Below are positions 12,641-26,039 of a DNA stretch of 64,000 nt, one piece after another; position 1 is the stretch's first letter; the number at the start of each line of letters is the position of its first letter. The notes beneath the pieces are model-generated. The model saw only the letters and a list, made by a program, of their open reading frames with translations. It did no database searches and was not told the origin of the DNA. The stretch comes from Leucoraja ocellata (taxonomy: Eukaryota), in the NCBI GenBank assembly GCA_036785375.1, contig JAWMAR010000061.1:8618001-8682000 (forward strand). Reading direction: 5' to 3'. The position numbers and the translations under genes are program-made.

Positions 12641-12949
12641 TGCTTTTCCATTAATACCAATAATTTTGAATCATTGCACTTAACATATGAACAGGAACAT
12701 GGATATCATTTTTCAGATGTTTTTGATGACTGTTCAAAATATTTCTGATCATATGCAACTATTAACAACACAGGTTTGTGTGTGCTACATTATCATAATT
12801 GTGGTGAAATGTCCCTAGGAAGCCTTTTCACTACAACTGAAGCAATTCAATACAGATGGGTTAATTTTCCAAATGAACTGTGAATGTAATAAATGAAATC
12901 ATGAACTGAAAAACTGCCAGAGTAGCTGTTTGATTTCTTCAAATGGGCA

Positions 12950-14280
12950 AAACATTTTTAGTGAAGAAGCAATTTACTTTTGTTACTTTCAACTTAAAAT
13001 ACTTGATTTGGTTCACATGTGGTTGTCTTTACATTGTGGAAACAAAGCCAACTAGATTACTGTTTTCTATCTGCAGTGGTGACCTTGAATATTCAACTTG
13101 CTTGTCACTTGAACTTTCCATCCCACTCCCACCTCTGTTTTTAATCTCGAAATACTGTTCCAACAAATATCGATGCAAGCTTGAGGATAGAAATCTCCTC
13201 TTCCAACTTGGCATGTTACGGGCTTCAGGGCATGTTACGTGCTTCAGGGCTCGGCATTGAATTTTTAAAAATCACGAAAGTCAGCCATTCTATTGTTGCA
13301 TCTCATGCTATCAACATTTAACGTTTATTTATTTTTCCTCTGGTATTATAGATATAATTTATCTTCAGTTTAAGCCTCCTCAGTTGTACCCTTTGTTATT
13401 CCCTAGCCTTTATAATAGTCTTTTTCTGCAACTGAAAACTTGATTTTTGACTGTTTCCATTTGTGATAGTTGGTTCTGATTCTCTTTCCATAGAGTATTT
13501 GTTCTGTTTAGAGAACATTTTCACAGCATGCACATATTCACAGGAGCCTGCATGGTTACAAGCTATGCCTTGCTCTTTGTGGGTTATGTGGACAGACCTT
13601 TCTTTGGTTTACTCGGACCCCTCCTTCATATCTGTAGCATGAATGACTATATTGTCCCTGCCCTTGTATAGAACTTCAAGATTTATCTGCGTAGGAAGGA
13701 ACTGCAGATGCTGGTTCAAACTGAAGATAGACACAAACCTGGAGTAACTCAGTGGGACAGGTAGCGGCTCTGGATCTCAAACGTTACCCATTCCTTCTCT
13801 CCAGAGATGAGGGGGTGGGGTGGGGGGGGGGATATGGACTGGATGCAGATCAGTGAGATCAACTCAGCTTAGCAACTTGTATGCATGGATAAGTTGGGCC
13901 AACAGTGCTGTTTCCATGCTATATAGCTTAATGTCTGACTCCAGTTTGGTTAATTATTCCAATTTCGCCAGCTCTGCATGTTTTGAAAAAAGAATACTGC
14001 TTCTGAGATGGCTTCCTCTATGTCTGACTATATTTCCCTCCCACTTGGGTTGCGCTCTCATAGTTCTTAACCATGCCTGGTCTATTTCCCGCACTTATAC
14101 TCTAAGCCCTGCCAGCATCAACATACCAGCATCATCCTCCATAGTTTTCATCACCTTCAATGAGATGCCAACTCTAGACGCATCTTCCACTCTGAGCATT
14201 CCAGTGGGTTACTTATGGAACACTTTGATTTGCTTTTTTTCTTCTATTTCCATCAACTGCACGGTTTCTGAGAACAATTA
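12950..14280 (+). mobile_element. Degenerate Penelope-like remnants (endonuclease and RT parts) interrupted by younger repeats
   Basis: FTF..FNLKYLI...CGCLYIVETK and RCKLEDRNLLFQLG in ORF 12943-13260; SYALLFVGYV-like trace near 13560; short fold-back element at ~13688-13809. Confidence 0.55.
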
Positions 14281-14454
14281 TGCAAACGTTAGAAGGGATC
14301 ATGGGATATGGGGGGAAAAGCAGGAATAGGGTACTGATTTTAGATAATCAGCCGTGATCATATTGAATGGCAGTGCTGGCTCGAATGGCCTACTCCTGCA
14401 TCTATTTTTCTATGTTTCTATGTTTTTTCTAATTCAACACGGAAATTGTTGCTA

Positions 14455-14551
14455 AGGTAGAAACAAAATGCTGGAGTAACTCAGTGGGACAAGCAACATC
14501 TCTGGAGAGAAGGAATGGGTGACGTTTCGGGTCGAGACCATGCTTCAGACT
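14455..14551 (-). mobile_element. Penelope-derived short element
   Basis: Reverse complement agtctgaagcatggtctcgacccgaaacgtcacccattcc...; core mutated in the CUGANGA box. Confidence 0.85.
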
Positions 14552-16846
14552 GTGGCTTTGGCATTGTTTAGTTTACATTTCTAAGCTAGATGGACCATGA
14601 GTATTCAAGGCTACTATTCTCAGTCTGTATTATATTATTAGTGCTACATTTAGTTTGAGTACTCTGAGGCCACTGAAATTACTGTCACAGAGTTCTGATT
14701 CCTATTCACTCTCCACTGTAATACTGGAAAATAAGTAATAGTAGATACTGAATGAATGGAATGCCAACAATTTAGCAGGTGAGGGAATTGAATATATTAG
14801 TTAATAATGCAACTTTCCACCATTCACTATGGGCTTATTTGTTTTCCCCAGATGTCTTCATTAAGATTTGATGTTATTTTTCATTTTTATTCTAATCTTT
14901 AAAAGCAAAATATCTTCAATGAAGGAAAATGTACTTTTTTATTGCTAATTATAATGCTCCTACCTATGAGCTAGAATAATACAATTATTTATAAATCTTT
15001 TGCAAAGTATTTTAATGAGTTTGAACATCTGAGTTAATATGATTAGAGGTGGATAAAGGCAGGAAAGACTAGGAGAGTATGCAGGTCAGGAATAGAAATC
15101 CAAAGGTTTCTGATTGGCGACTTTCGGAACTGGTTCTAATGAAGTGCCTTGGAGCTGAAACACCAATTGCTTCTCTCTCCACATGTTGTTTGCCCTGATG
15201 AATACTGCCAGCATTTTTTGTTAATTTCAGAAATGATTTCTTGCCAGCATACGAATGTCTTTTTTGACAGCTAAATTGTGACACATTAATTATACAATCC
15301 AAGCGAGGAAGCCTGTTCCAATTGAAGTATTGGTTGATTGCTCAGAGCAGCAGGAAATTTGCATTGAAATGATCTTGTAAATGAAAACAAAGGAAAACAA
15401 CAATCATCAAACATAATGATAAACTGACCTGTAGACTGTTCATGATAAACATTGTCATGCTTGCAAAATGTGGGCTAGGAATCATTTTAAAATCACACGG
15501 TCTAAATTGTCTTAATTTTATTTTGGAATTCCTTAGATTCTGGTATGGCCACATCCCATAACAGTGTTTCATGTTTGTTTTTCTCTGCACAATGATAGGA
15601 TAGGGAATGGAATTGTATGTGCCAAGTTCTGTCAGCCAGGATAGGTCTCTGTATACTGGGACTCGTGCTTCTGATGTATGAATTATTGCTGCTGCAATTT
15701 TCTTGGCAGCATGTTTATACATGCAACAGAATTGTTTAAATCTGTTTCGCAGGGTTGAGCGTTAGTGCTGTAAACAATTGGCAATATGAGAGTAGTGCAA
15801 ATTAACCCACTTAGAATACTGAAAATATTGAAACAAAAAATCACCCCTCCATGTTCTCCAGAGGTATTGAATGATCTGCTGAGGTACTCCAGCACTGCTG
15901 TTCTTTGTGTCTTCATCCTAACCCTAATGGGAATCCCTGAACCATAATCCAGGGAAGTGCTGGAACATACCTGCCTGCACCTAGCTATAAACTTAATGCC
16001 AAAAAACTAACCCGGTGAAGCATGAAAGATGCCCACCTGAACCTTAGTGGCTAAATGCATTGCAAGCACACTTTAGACGGTGCCTGGAGACCTGTAGGAG
16101 CTAGCAAATCCTGCCTACAGCACGATCCTGTGCCACAATTGCACCGGAAAATCGCACATATGCACTCAGTAGAAGATGCCTCCAGTAAATCCAACCCTTT
16201 GCACTTTTCCAGTCACCCGTTAGCCAGGGTAACTCACCTATACTCACCCGGTAGAAGGCGTGTCCAGTCCTGCAGAAGACAGCAAATACAATCCCATGCA
16301 CTCCTCCGGTCTCCTGTAGCCAGGAAAAATCGCTCTTCACTTGTATGCAACCGGCAGAAGGACCCTGCAACACCACATGTTCAGCCACAGCAGCCCTTTC
16401 AACACCTCAGCACTCCTGACACTCCGGGTTCAAAAGATAATTACACCTTCATTGTACCAGTACTTTCAAAAGCTACATGATGCTATTATTAAGCCCCCAG
16501 TATTCATCAAAGCCAAGGTGCAGACTGGAAAAATAATACTCCAAAATTAAAGCGTGCTAGTGCAATGCAGGGTGGCGTTAAGTTAGGTATGCCTGTATTT
16601 GATCAAACATTATGTAGTCTCTCAGCAGATAAGAAATATCTTTGACATAGTATTGGGGTACATTTACACATGCTGTAGTTAGCTGGGGGCAGCAACCACC
16701 ATTACATTAGCTAGCCCCCATGGTGTGTTTCTACGGCTGGAAATTATATTTCCATCTAACCAAAACCTTTTAATAAAATTCTATTGTTTTTAAAGTTGCT
16801 GCTTAATAGCTTACATTAGTTTGTGTTTGGCACCAGGGAACTAAAA

Positions 16847-16909
16847 GGGAGGGGGGGGGGGGGGGGGGGGTAGAGGGAGGGGGGGGGGGGGGTAGAGGGA
16901 GGGGGGGGG
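16847..16909 (+). repeat. G-rich tandem repeat (gtagagggaGn)
   Basis: Three long G runs separated by tagaggga. Confidence 0.85.
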
Positions 16910-18448
16910 CGAGCGAGAGAGGCAGTAGAATATATAAACCACACAAATTACCGAAGAAGAATACAGTTGGAGCATTCCATCACCTTCAGGCAGCTTTTAT
17001 TCAAGAGCAGGGTAAATGTGAAGATGTTAATAAAAGCCCATTGCAATAAGTTGAGAGCCAGAGGATTCAAGACTTTAAATGGATGCTTTGGCCTTGGCAT
17101 ATTCCTCAGCACACTCCACCTGATGCACAGCAGGTAGGAAGAAATGCCAAGATCCTGCCTAAAATAAAGGGAGATGTGAGCTTATCTTCAATGGCCTGCC
17201 ACTTATCTTATCTTCTGCCTGTTCCTTACAGGATCCCTCTCCCACCCCTAGTGCTCTCCCCCCCCACCAGACGCACTTTGATGAAACTCTCCTCTCTATC
17301 GGATTTCTTTTAAGTTCTCTCATTGTTCTCGTTCCGCTGTTCATTCTGATCTTCAACAATGTCCGTACCAAAATGCATGACCATAGTTATGTGCCACCTA
17401 CGACCTTCTGGCGACCCCTCCCTCTCACTTCTATATTCTATCTTCCCTCTATGTTCAGTCGTGATGCAGGGCCTCAACCTGAAACATCAACCACACCATA
17501 GCCACCTCAGATGCTACTTGAACTGCTGCATTCTTCCAGTAGTTTTTTTTTGAGTTCCTTCGCTGAGTGAATCTAAGACAGAAATCAGGAATCAAAGACT
17601 ATAGGGTTAGTGTTGGATAGTACTCAACGTAAAAGATCAGCCACAATCTTATTGAATGTCATGGGAAAGTGAAGGTCTGAAGGACCTAAAGTTCTTGTGT
17701 AGTACACTTTGTTTACCACTGAGGATCACTGGAGCATTCTCCCAAAGAAATACATCATCATGAAACCCTCCACGAGAATTCCCAAAATTCCAGATCTGTT
17801 TCTTTGCTGATTCCTCAACATACTGATTGTGAAAACATCCTCAACACTTTAATGCTAATTTTAGTCTTCCGTAGTTTTTTGGAACTAAAACAGTACGTGT
17901 CAAACAATCCACTACAAATACAGAGAGACATAAAACTGATACCAAATCAGAACAGAAATATGAGACCATCCTTTACATCAAAGGAAACTCAGAGAACATC
18001 TTAGTTAAGAACAGTAAAGTGTGCTCTGATCTATTACCAGTCTCATGACTGACATGAAAGTGGTTACAATGACAGCATTATCCAAGACCTAATGCTAGAG
18101 GGAGGGTTGGGGTTTCACTGTTATAAATTGAACTGCGTGCATTAAATGGAAGAAGATGCTAATATCAAAGGGGTGAACATTTACAAGAAAATTATACTGA
18201 AGAAAAATAAAGTTGGTATAATTGTTCAATGTTATGAGTCTATTTTTAACAGCTCTAAACTTGAAAGGTACAAGCAGACGGCAGAAATGTGGTGTCTCTT
18301 GTATGCTACCTCAGCGTAATCTACAATTTTAAACTTTTGCACTTACATATGATTGTGCCTAATGTAAAGATAGATTGTTGCTGAACTGTATGTAAAAAAG
18401 AATTTTCATTATGAGTGACAATGTACCATTGTATCTAAAAATAGAGCT

Positions 18449-18727
18449 ACAGTGTAGATACAGGTCCCTCGGCCCACTCAGCCTGCCCCAACCAATGATC
18501 ACCATTACACTAGACCTATCCTCCACATTGAACGCAATTTACAGAAGCCAATTGACCTACTAACCTGCACATCTTTGAAATGTGGGAAGAAACCGGAACA
18601 CATTGAGAAAATTCATGTGGCCACATGGGAACTTACAAACTCCATATAGACAGCACCCTTAGTGAAGATCGAACCTGAGTTTCTGGTGCTGTGAAGCAGC
18701 AGCTCTATGGTTGCACTACTGGGCCGC
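18449..18727 (-). mobile_element. HE1/V-SINE-like SINE, near full length
   Basis: B-box-like gatcgaacctgag on - strand, central ccaattgacctactaacctgcacatctttgaaatgtgggaagaaaccgga domain, CR1-type tail. Confidence 0.8.
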
Positions 18728-19383
18728 TCAATTTGAGTATATTTGAGATTGGTTGCAAAGCGCAGTTCCAAAAAAAAATCTGTTAATCACTATTGCATAA
18801 TGCTGATCATGCTTTTACTTACCGCCGGTTGATTCTCCCACCAGTGAGAACTTAGTATAATTACATTAACACTGATTAATGTAAATCTGGAAATTTGAAT
18901 GGACTCAGAAGTGGACAGCTCTCATTTTAGTGACAACCATTCAGTCTCTACTTGATTGCAATCATGCAAACCTTTCTTAAGGTCAGAGGATGAAATGCAA
19001 CATGGACTTTGATTAAGAGTAACTTTAAATGAAAATCTTAATGTCATCAACTCCATGGATCATCTCCAGAAGCTACCATCTCCTTCCCTCTGTTATTTTT
19101 GTACCTGGTGGCATAATCTTCCATCCTGGTTTCTACATTCACACAATCTGCCTTGCATCTCTTTAATCCTGATGACACCTTCATAGTAAGATGTTGCATA
19201 CAATACTCAATGCTGGGCATGCCACAGCATCTTACCACATTGGAAATTTCAAAGTTCATTCTTTCAGGATTTTCTAAACTGCTATGTTCCCCCTTCAGAC
19301 TAACAAACTTTGGCATTCTATTTCATTCTAGAGTGCCATTTTAAACTACTCATACAAGACTGCCATGGTCAGCTACACAATAT

Positions 19384-19977
19384 TGTTCTTGGGAGCAAAG
19401 AGGTCCTTCTGCAGTTGCACAGGGTCCTGGCGAGACCACACCTGGAGTATTGTGTGCAGTTTTGATCTCCAAATTTGAGGAAGGACATTCTTGCTATTGA
19501 GGGAGTGTAGCGTACGTTCACAAGGTTAATTCCCGGGATGGCTGGACTGTCATATGTTGAAAGAAAGGAGCGACTGGGCTTGTATACATTGGAATTTAGA
19601 AGGTTGAGGGGATCTTATTGAATCATATAAGATTATTAAGGGATTGGACAAGCTAGAGGCAGGAAACATGTTCCCAATGTTGAGGGAGTGCAGAACCAGG
19701 GGCCACAGTTTAAGAATAAGGGGCAGGCCATTTAGAACAGACGAGGAAAACCTTTTTCACCCAGAGAGTTGTGAATCTGTGGAATTCTCTGCCTCAGAAG
19801 GCAGTGGAGGCGGATTCTCTGAATGCTTTCAAGAGAGAGTTAGATAGAGCTCTTAAAGATATGGGGAGAAGTCAGGAACGAGGTACTGATTGTGGATGAT
19901 CAGCCATGATCACAGTAAATGGCGGTGCTGGCTTGAAGGGCCGAATGCCCTACTCCTGCACCTATTGTCTATTGCCT
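19384..19977 (+). mobile_element. CR1 LINE 3' fragment
   Basis: Reverse complement of ~4750-5340; RPHLEYCVQF.SP..., (ctattgt) tail. Confidence 0.93.
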
Positions 19978-20399
19978 ATAACCCACAGAGCAGTGTAATC
20001 AGTTGTTGGAGATATTGTAGCCATTTTTATTCTCGTTCACTGTCCACATTTGAGAATTTGCAGTATTTAACAGTAAAGAAAATCAAACAAACCAAATAGG
20101 CCACCAAGTCCTTTACCATAGTCCCAATCCTAACTTCACATAAAGAAATTGAACCCGGTGCGTTCCTTATCTTAAAGTTTTGAGAACCTCTGAGCGAAAG
20201 AAGAAGAATTACATGATCCAACATGCAATATTCACACATTTTAAATAATTGTATGTTAAGTGCAAGTTGCCGTGTAATAGATCAAATGATGTAAGATCAT
20301 GTTTGAGAAGATCTGAACTTGAAGATGCAATATATTGAAGTACCTGCAGCATGTCAATCTTTGGCCAAAATCCTTCTACAGATTTACCATAAAAAAAAA

Positions 20400-20920
20400 C
20401 AGTTTATGGGGATGCATTACACCTTGGTTTGGCACAGCTCTTCACAAGATTGCAAGAAGTTGCAGTCGTGGATGTATCCCATTCTATCACCCAAACTTCT
20501 TTCCACTGTTGACTCCATCTACGTTTTGCGCTACCTCGAAAAAGCAGCCAACATAATCAAAGACCATTTTCACCCGTCATGCTCTCATCTTCCCTCTCCT
20601 GTAAAGCAGAAGTTACAAAAGCTTGAAAGCATGTACCACCTAGATTCAGAAATAGCTTCTTCCCAGCTTGTATCAGACTACTGAACAACTCTTCCATAAA
20701 TTAGATTGCAGTCCAGTTCTCCTCATTGTGGACTTTGCTCTTTTTAATATCTGTACCGCTATTATGCAATAACACTATATTCTGTACTCTAGTATTTTTC
20801 TCTTTGCATAGCTTTTTGTGCATGTGTATGGCTTGAATGTGCTATTGTATAGTATGATTTGACTGGGTAGCATGCAAACAGATCTTATAATTGCATCTTG
20901 CTGTTTGTGACGATAATAAA
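20400..20920 (+). mobile_element. Rex1/Babar LINE 3' fragment
   Basis: GCITPWFG...KKLQ...SIY..R.LEKAANIIKDHFHP; 3' UTR ending tgtgacgataataaacc. Confidence 0.75.
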
Positions 20921-22059
20921 CCAATATCAATATTTTCCTTGTGATTTCAATAAATTGCTCATATTTGCACCTATGGGTCGACAGTTAAATTATTTCACAG
21001 TTGCACAGTTTGAAAGTATTCTACCTAAATGTTGAAGTACTGATAAAGCAAGTGTTAGCTATTCTTATGAAATATAATTGATGCAGGACTTTTAAAAGAT
21101 TCTGCAGAAAACAATTTCAATAGATCAATGTAGTTTATAGAAGTAGCCTTAACCTGTTGCTTTTTACACCTGAGGTGGAGAGGGTGCATGTCAGATAACC
21201 ATTTTAGCTCCATATATTTTGAAGGGAAATCATGAACATTAATTAGTAAGCAGTGTCAGCATTCCTAACATGCTTTGGTATGCATCATTCACGTGAAGAA
21301 CAGAATAGAATGTGCACAATCCAGTTTAGACTGACCAAAGATAATGCGCTGGTGTGGGCTACCTCATTGCAATATATCAAATTCACAACCAGGCAGGGAA
21401 AAGCTGTTCTGATCTTAGCCTCAGTGGATTTTCTAGTGTGTTGTATATTTTTCAGAAATAGATGAAGATTTTGGTCAGAATGTAAGAACATCATAATCAG
21501 GACGAAGAGCAGCCTACGATGCTATTCAGTCAGCTCATGCCTACCTAGGCTTGGCATCAATTCCAGTCTGCTGCCCTCTCATCATATCTTTTACTTGCTT
21601 GTCTTTTACATGTCCGTCAATATATTCAATGACTTCACCTCCACGACTGTCAAAGAGAATTCCAAAGGTTTGCAACTTGAGAGAAAGAAGTCCCTCTCAT
21701 CATCTCCATCTTAAATGGCTGGCCTCTTTTTCTGAACCTGTGCCCCAGGTTCTTGATAACTCAACTGGGGGAAATGTTATCACATAGTCCTGAGTATCAT
21801 GTGATTCAGTAAAATCACCTCACCCTCTTAACCCAACAGAGCATACGTTCATGTGTCAATTTTATTTCAGCCCAAGACTCATGACTGTGAACCTTCCCTT
21901 CATTGCCTTCAATGCAGGTATATAACACCTTAAATGTGGAGACCATACTACTTACGGTATTCTGGGTGAGGTTTTGCCAGTTTGGCAACATTTTGCAGCA
22001 AAGTTCACTTCTTAAATGCTCCGTACATTCTAAAGTAATGTATGTCATCCATCAGAATT

Positions 22060-22935
22060 CAGAATTATCTCCTTTGCCTTCTGAGGAAATGAAGGCATTG
22101 GGGGTGCTTTTTGGCTGTGGCATCAGTTGATCCAGGACAAATTGTTGGTAATATTTTTGCCCCAGAAATTGAAGCTCTCAACCATTTCCACTTCAACACC
22201 ATTGCATGTTGTGTGTATACTACTCTGCTTCCTGAAGTCATTGATTAGCTCGTTGTTTTATCTGACTTTGAGGGAGAGGTTCTTGTTGTGACACCATCTT
22301 ACTAAGCTTTCAATCTTTCTGTACTTGTAATTGTTTGAGATCTGCCCCAAGAAAGTGATGCCATCTGCAAACTTTTGTAAAGGGAGTTAGGCCAGAGTTT
22401 GGCTGCGCAGTCATGAGTGTTTATATCCTTATGGGGCACACGTGTTGAGAATTATTGTGGAGGATGCTTGGTCGCCCTTCCTTACTGACTGCAATCTATG
22501 GGTCAGGAAGTGAACCATCCATTTACAGAGGGGAATGCTGAGTTCTAGGTCCAGGAGGTTGGATTTGGTTTTGTATGGAACTATGGTGTTGAAGACAGGA
22601 TGATAGTCAAGAAACAGGACATAGGTGTCCTTGTTATCTAGGTGTTCCACGGATGAGTGTAGGGCAAGGGAAATGGTGTCTAGTTTGGACCAGTTGTGGC
22701 AGTTGGCAAATTACAGTGGATGAGGGCTGTTGGAGTTGATGTGCGCCATGACCAATCTCTCGAAGCACTTCATGATGGCGTATGTCAGAACCGTCTGCCT
22801 GAAGTTAAAGCATGCTACTTTGTTTTTTGTTGGCATTAGAATGACAATGGTCTTCTTAAAGCATTTGGGAACCAGATTGGAGGAGGGGGGGAGTTAAAGA
22901 TGTTCAAAAACACTCCCACTAGCTGGTCCGGTCAG
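22060..22935 (-). mobile_element. Rex1/Babar LINE RT fragment, degraded
   Basis: EHLDNKDTYVLFLDY..FNTIVP...LC.W..HFLTHRLQSVR...STIILNTCAP (ORF 22429-22650). Confidence 0.8.
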
Positions 22936-23931
22936 TTTCCAAGAACATTACACACACAACTTCCATCTTCTTATCAAGGTTCTAAAGTGCACTGACATCT
23001 TTACCTTTGTGCTCAAATCTTTTGGGAATAAGGTCATGTTAGTCTTCATTGTCATGGACCCAACAGCAGTGGTTCAGGAAGGTGCTCACCACCACCTTTG
23101 CAGCGATTTAGTAATGGGTGATAAATGCTCACCTTTGCATGCAAGTCAGATCTTGAAGAATTGAAGAGAAAAAATATGTAGACTATCACCATCACTTCAT
23201 CTGTTCCTCAGCAAATGTACCCTGGTTGGCTCTCAACAACAAATAAGGCAATTGACATAGCGTTGGCTTAGTGTTCTGTAACTGGAGAGACACTCTTTTT
23301 GGCCATAGGTTTATCACTCACTGCTTCCATATGGGAAATGCTGAATCGTCTCCAGCACTTGCAGCAAAGGAACGTGGCATGTGATGAGTGGGTATATCAG
23401 ATTGATGAATACTGCTTTCTTCAGTACTTGATTTCTGTGGCAACGAGCTGAACTACTTTGAGCAGGATGGGCGTGGGACTAACATCAGAAATTCAAATAT
23501 TTGTTTAAACAAGTCGAGGCATTGTACTTGAGTTAAACAATGGAAAACAAGTTAAAGCCAGATTAAATATCACTTGGTGACTGGATTTTGACATAATTAA
23601 TTCCATTGGTATGCATAGTTAGTGTACACAAATCAGAAATCATTGCTGGAGAAACAGTACAACTTAGAACATTCTGAAGTTTTGATCACAGGTTAGGTTT
23701 GAGAAACTGTCACGGTATTGATTCTGATGCTTTCAATAATTGACAATTACAAAACCATCCCTGTGATGTTTTCATCAACTTCTGCCCCCTCAGTTGTTGC
23801 CATACAGAATGCTCTGTGGAATGCAGCGTAATGTTTAGAGCACTGTACTTTTATTACAGCAGATACATGAACCATCAAAGATAATTGTATGAGATTCTAA
23901 TTGTTTACTCAGGCATAATTACTGCTAGAAA

Positions 23932-24216
23932 AGTTAGATACAAAATGCTGGGGTAACTCAGCAGGACTGACAGCATTTCTGGGGAGAAGGAATCGGTGAC
24001 GTTTCGGGTCGAGACCCTTCTTCAGACTGACAGGGGAGTGGGCTGAACAGAGATAGAAAGTAGTTGAAGACAGTAAGACTGGTGGGAGAACTGGGTAGGG
24101 GGAGGGGTGGAGAGAGAGGGAAATCAAGGGCTATTTCAAGTTAGAGAAGTCAATGTTCATACCGCTGGGGTGTAAACTACCCAAGCAAAATATGAGGTGC
24201 TGTTCCTCCAATTTCC
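23932..24216 (-). mobile_element. Penelope-like element 3' end with intact hammerhead-like core
   Basis: KLEEQHLIFCLGSLHPSGMNIDFSNLK endonuclease tail; core CTGAAGAAGGGTCTCGACCCGAAACGTC at 24025-23998. Confidence 0.9.
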
Positions 24217-24564
24217 AAATGCTGCTGGACAACTTGCCTTGTCTGGTTATTTTGTTGGTATTCCAGATACTAGCCCATTGTAATATCATTTCAGTTATAA
24301 CCCTTTTGAGACATTATCTTCCACCATAACATAGTGAATGCTTCAATCCCTACTTTTCTCTGTAAAATGATGAAGTTAAGAGTTCCTGGTCAGTGAGAAT
24401 TCCTCATTGTGATTGACTAGCTTGTCTACCTGATGGTGTTACTGTTGTTAAATGAAGACCAGTCATCCATGGCCTGTCACCTGTCACCCGATAACCAATG
24501 TAAGGAATTCATGCCAGAGATAATGACAGATCTTTACAATCCAAGTCGGCAATAAATACCATCG

Positions 24565-24711
24565 AAGGTAGACACAAAATGCTGGAGTTACTCAGCGGGA
24601 TAGGCAGCATCTCTGGAGAGAAGGAGATGCTGTCTGTACCGATGAGTTACTCCAGCATTTTGTATCTACCTTCGATTTAAACCAGCATCTGCAGTTCTTT
24701 CCTACACATAG
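24565..24711. mobile_element. Penelope-derived fold-back element without core, 12-bp TSD
   Basis: Inverted arms; taaataccatcg at 24553-24564 and 24712-24723. Confidence 0.85.
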
Positions 24712-24818
24712 TAAATACCATCGCTTCATTACTGACAACAAGAGTTATTTGAGCCTTACATTTTGCAATCATTCCTCCCCCTTGAACTCCCATCCCTCCT
24801 TTCTCTCCACAACCGACA

Positions 24819-25285
24819 AGAATGATCCCAGGAATAACTGGGTTAACTTATGATGAGCGTTGGACGGCACAGGCCCTGTACTCGCTGGGGTTTAGAAAAA
24901 TGAGGGGGGACCTCATTGATATATACCGATTAGTGAAAGGCTCAGATAAAGTGGATGTGGAGAGGATGTTTCCATTAGTGGGAGAGTCTAGGACGAGGGT
25001 ATTGTCTCAGAATTAAAGGACGTTCCTTGAGGAAGGAGATGAGAAGGAATTTCTTTAGTCAGAGGGTGGTGAATCTGTGGAATTCTTTGCCACAGAAGGC
25101 TGTGGAGGCCAATGGATATTTTTTTTAAACAGAGATAGCTAGATACCCTACGGATATCAGTGGTTATGGGGAGAAGGCAGGAGAATGGGGTTAGGAAGGA
25201 GAGATAGATCAGCCGTGATTGAATGGCAGAGTAGACTTGATGGGCCGTATGGCCTAATTCTGCTCCTATCATTTATGACCTATGA
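24819..25285 (+). mobile_element. CR1 LINE 3' fragment
   Basis: MIPGITGLTYDER...LYSL.FRKMRGDLI..Y; 3' UTR gccgtatggcctaattctgctcct. Confidence 0.9.
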
Positions 25286-26039
25286 CAAAAGGTTGATCTT
25301 GGGTTCAGAATTATAAATAGCAGAACTTATGGTCTTGGCATTAAAACTTGTGCATATGTGTGTATGTGATACACTTTAATAACAAAGTAATCTCCTGTTT
25401 TGAGATTATTAATTTGGAGTTTAAGGTTTATGATGCTTTCTTGCCTTGTGTTTCAGTCATTTACATTTCACATCTGTATGTTCTTCTGTGAATAATGAAA
25501 ATGTGAAGCAAATATAATGTTGTGTAATCTTTCAGGCAAATAATTAAAGCAGGAAATTGCTTGTGCTGCAAATAAAAGCAGGAAAGCTTTGAAGTTGTCC
25601 CAGTGCAGCTGAAATGTGGTGTTAGAGTATAAATGAAGGACTGGCGAATATAATGCAAGCAAGGAGCCACAATAACAATAAATCAAACCAATGTCCATTG
25701 TGAGTGCGCTCTCTGACGCAAGCTGTTAGTTTTTTCTCAGAATGGATTAGTTCCAAGAAACTATGGTCTTACATTTAGAGTTTTGTGTTAGCACAATCTT
25801 TAATTCTGTTTGGTGATGATTGGGTGGAAGCAATTCGACTGCAGTCTTTTTCCATTTTCGCATAATGAATAATGATATTAAAATTATTATAATAATTATA
25901 TTAAAGCCCCCAGCTCCTTTTTGTACGTTTTAGTATTATTACTGAAAAAACCCCACAGGAAAAGTCATACATCCTGTTGAAGTGGTAGCAAAATATATGA
26001 ATGAGTGGAGTGTGACTGATGTAGCTTACAGACTTAAGT

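Noticed and set aside
16055-16480. 141-aa ORF in unique-looking sequence
   Set aside because: No domain, no splice context; likely chance or unrecognised decayed repeat.
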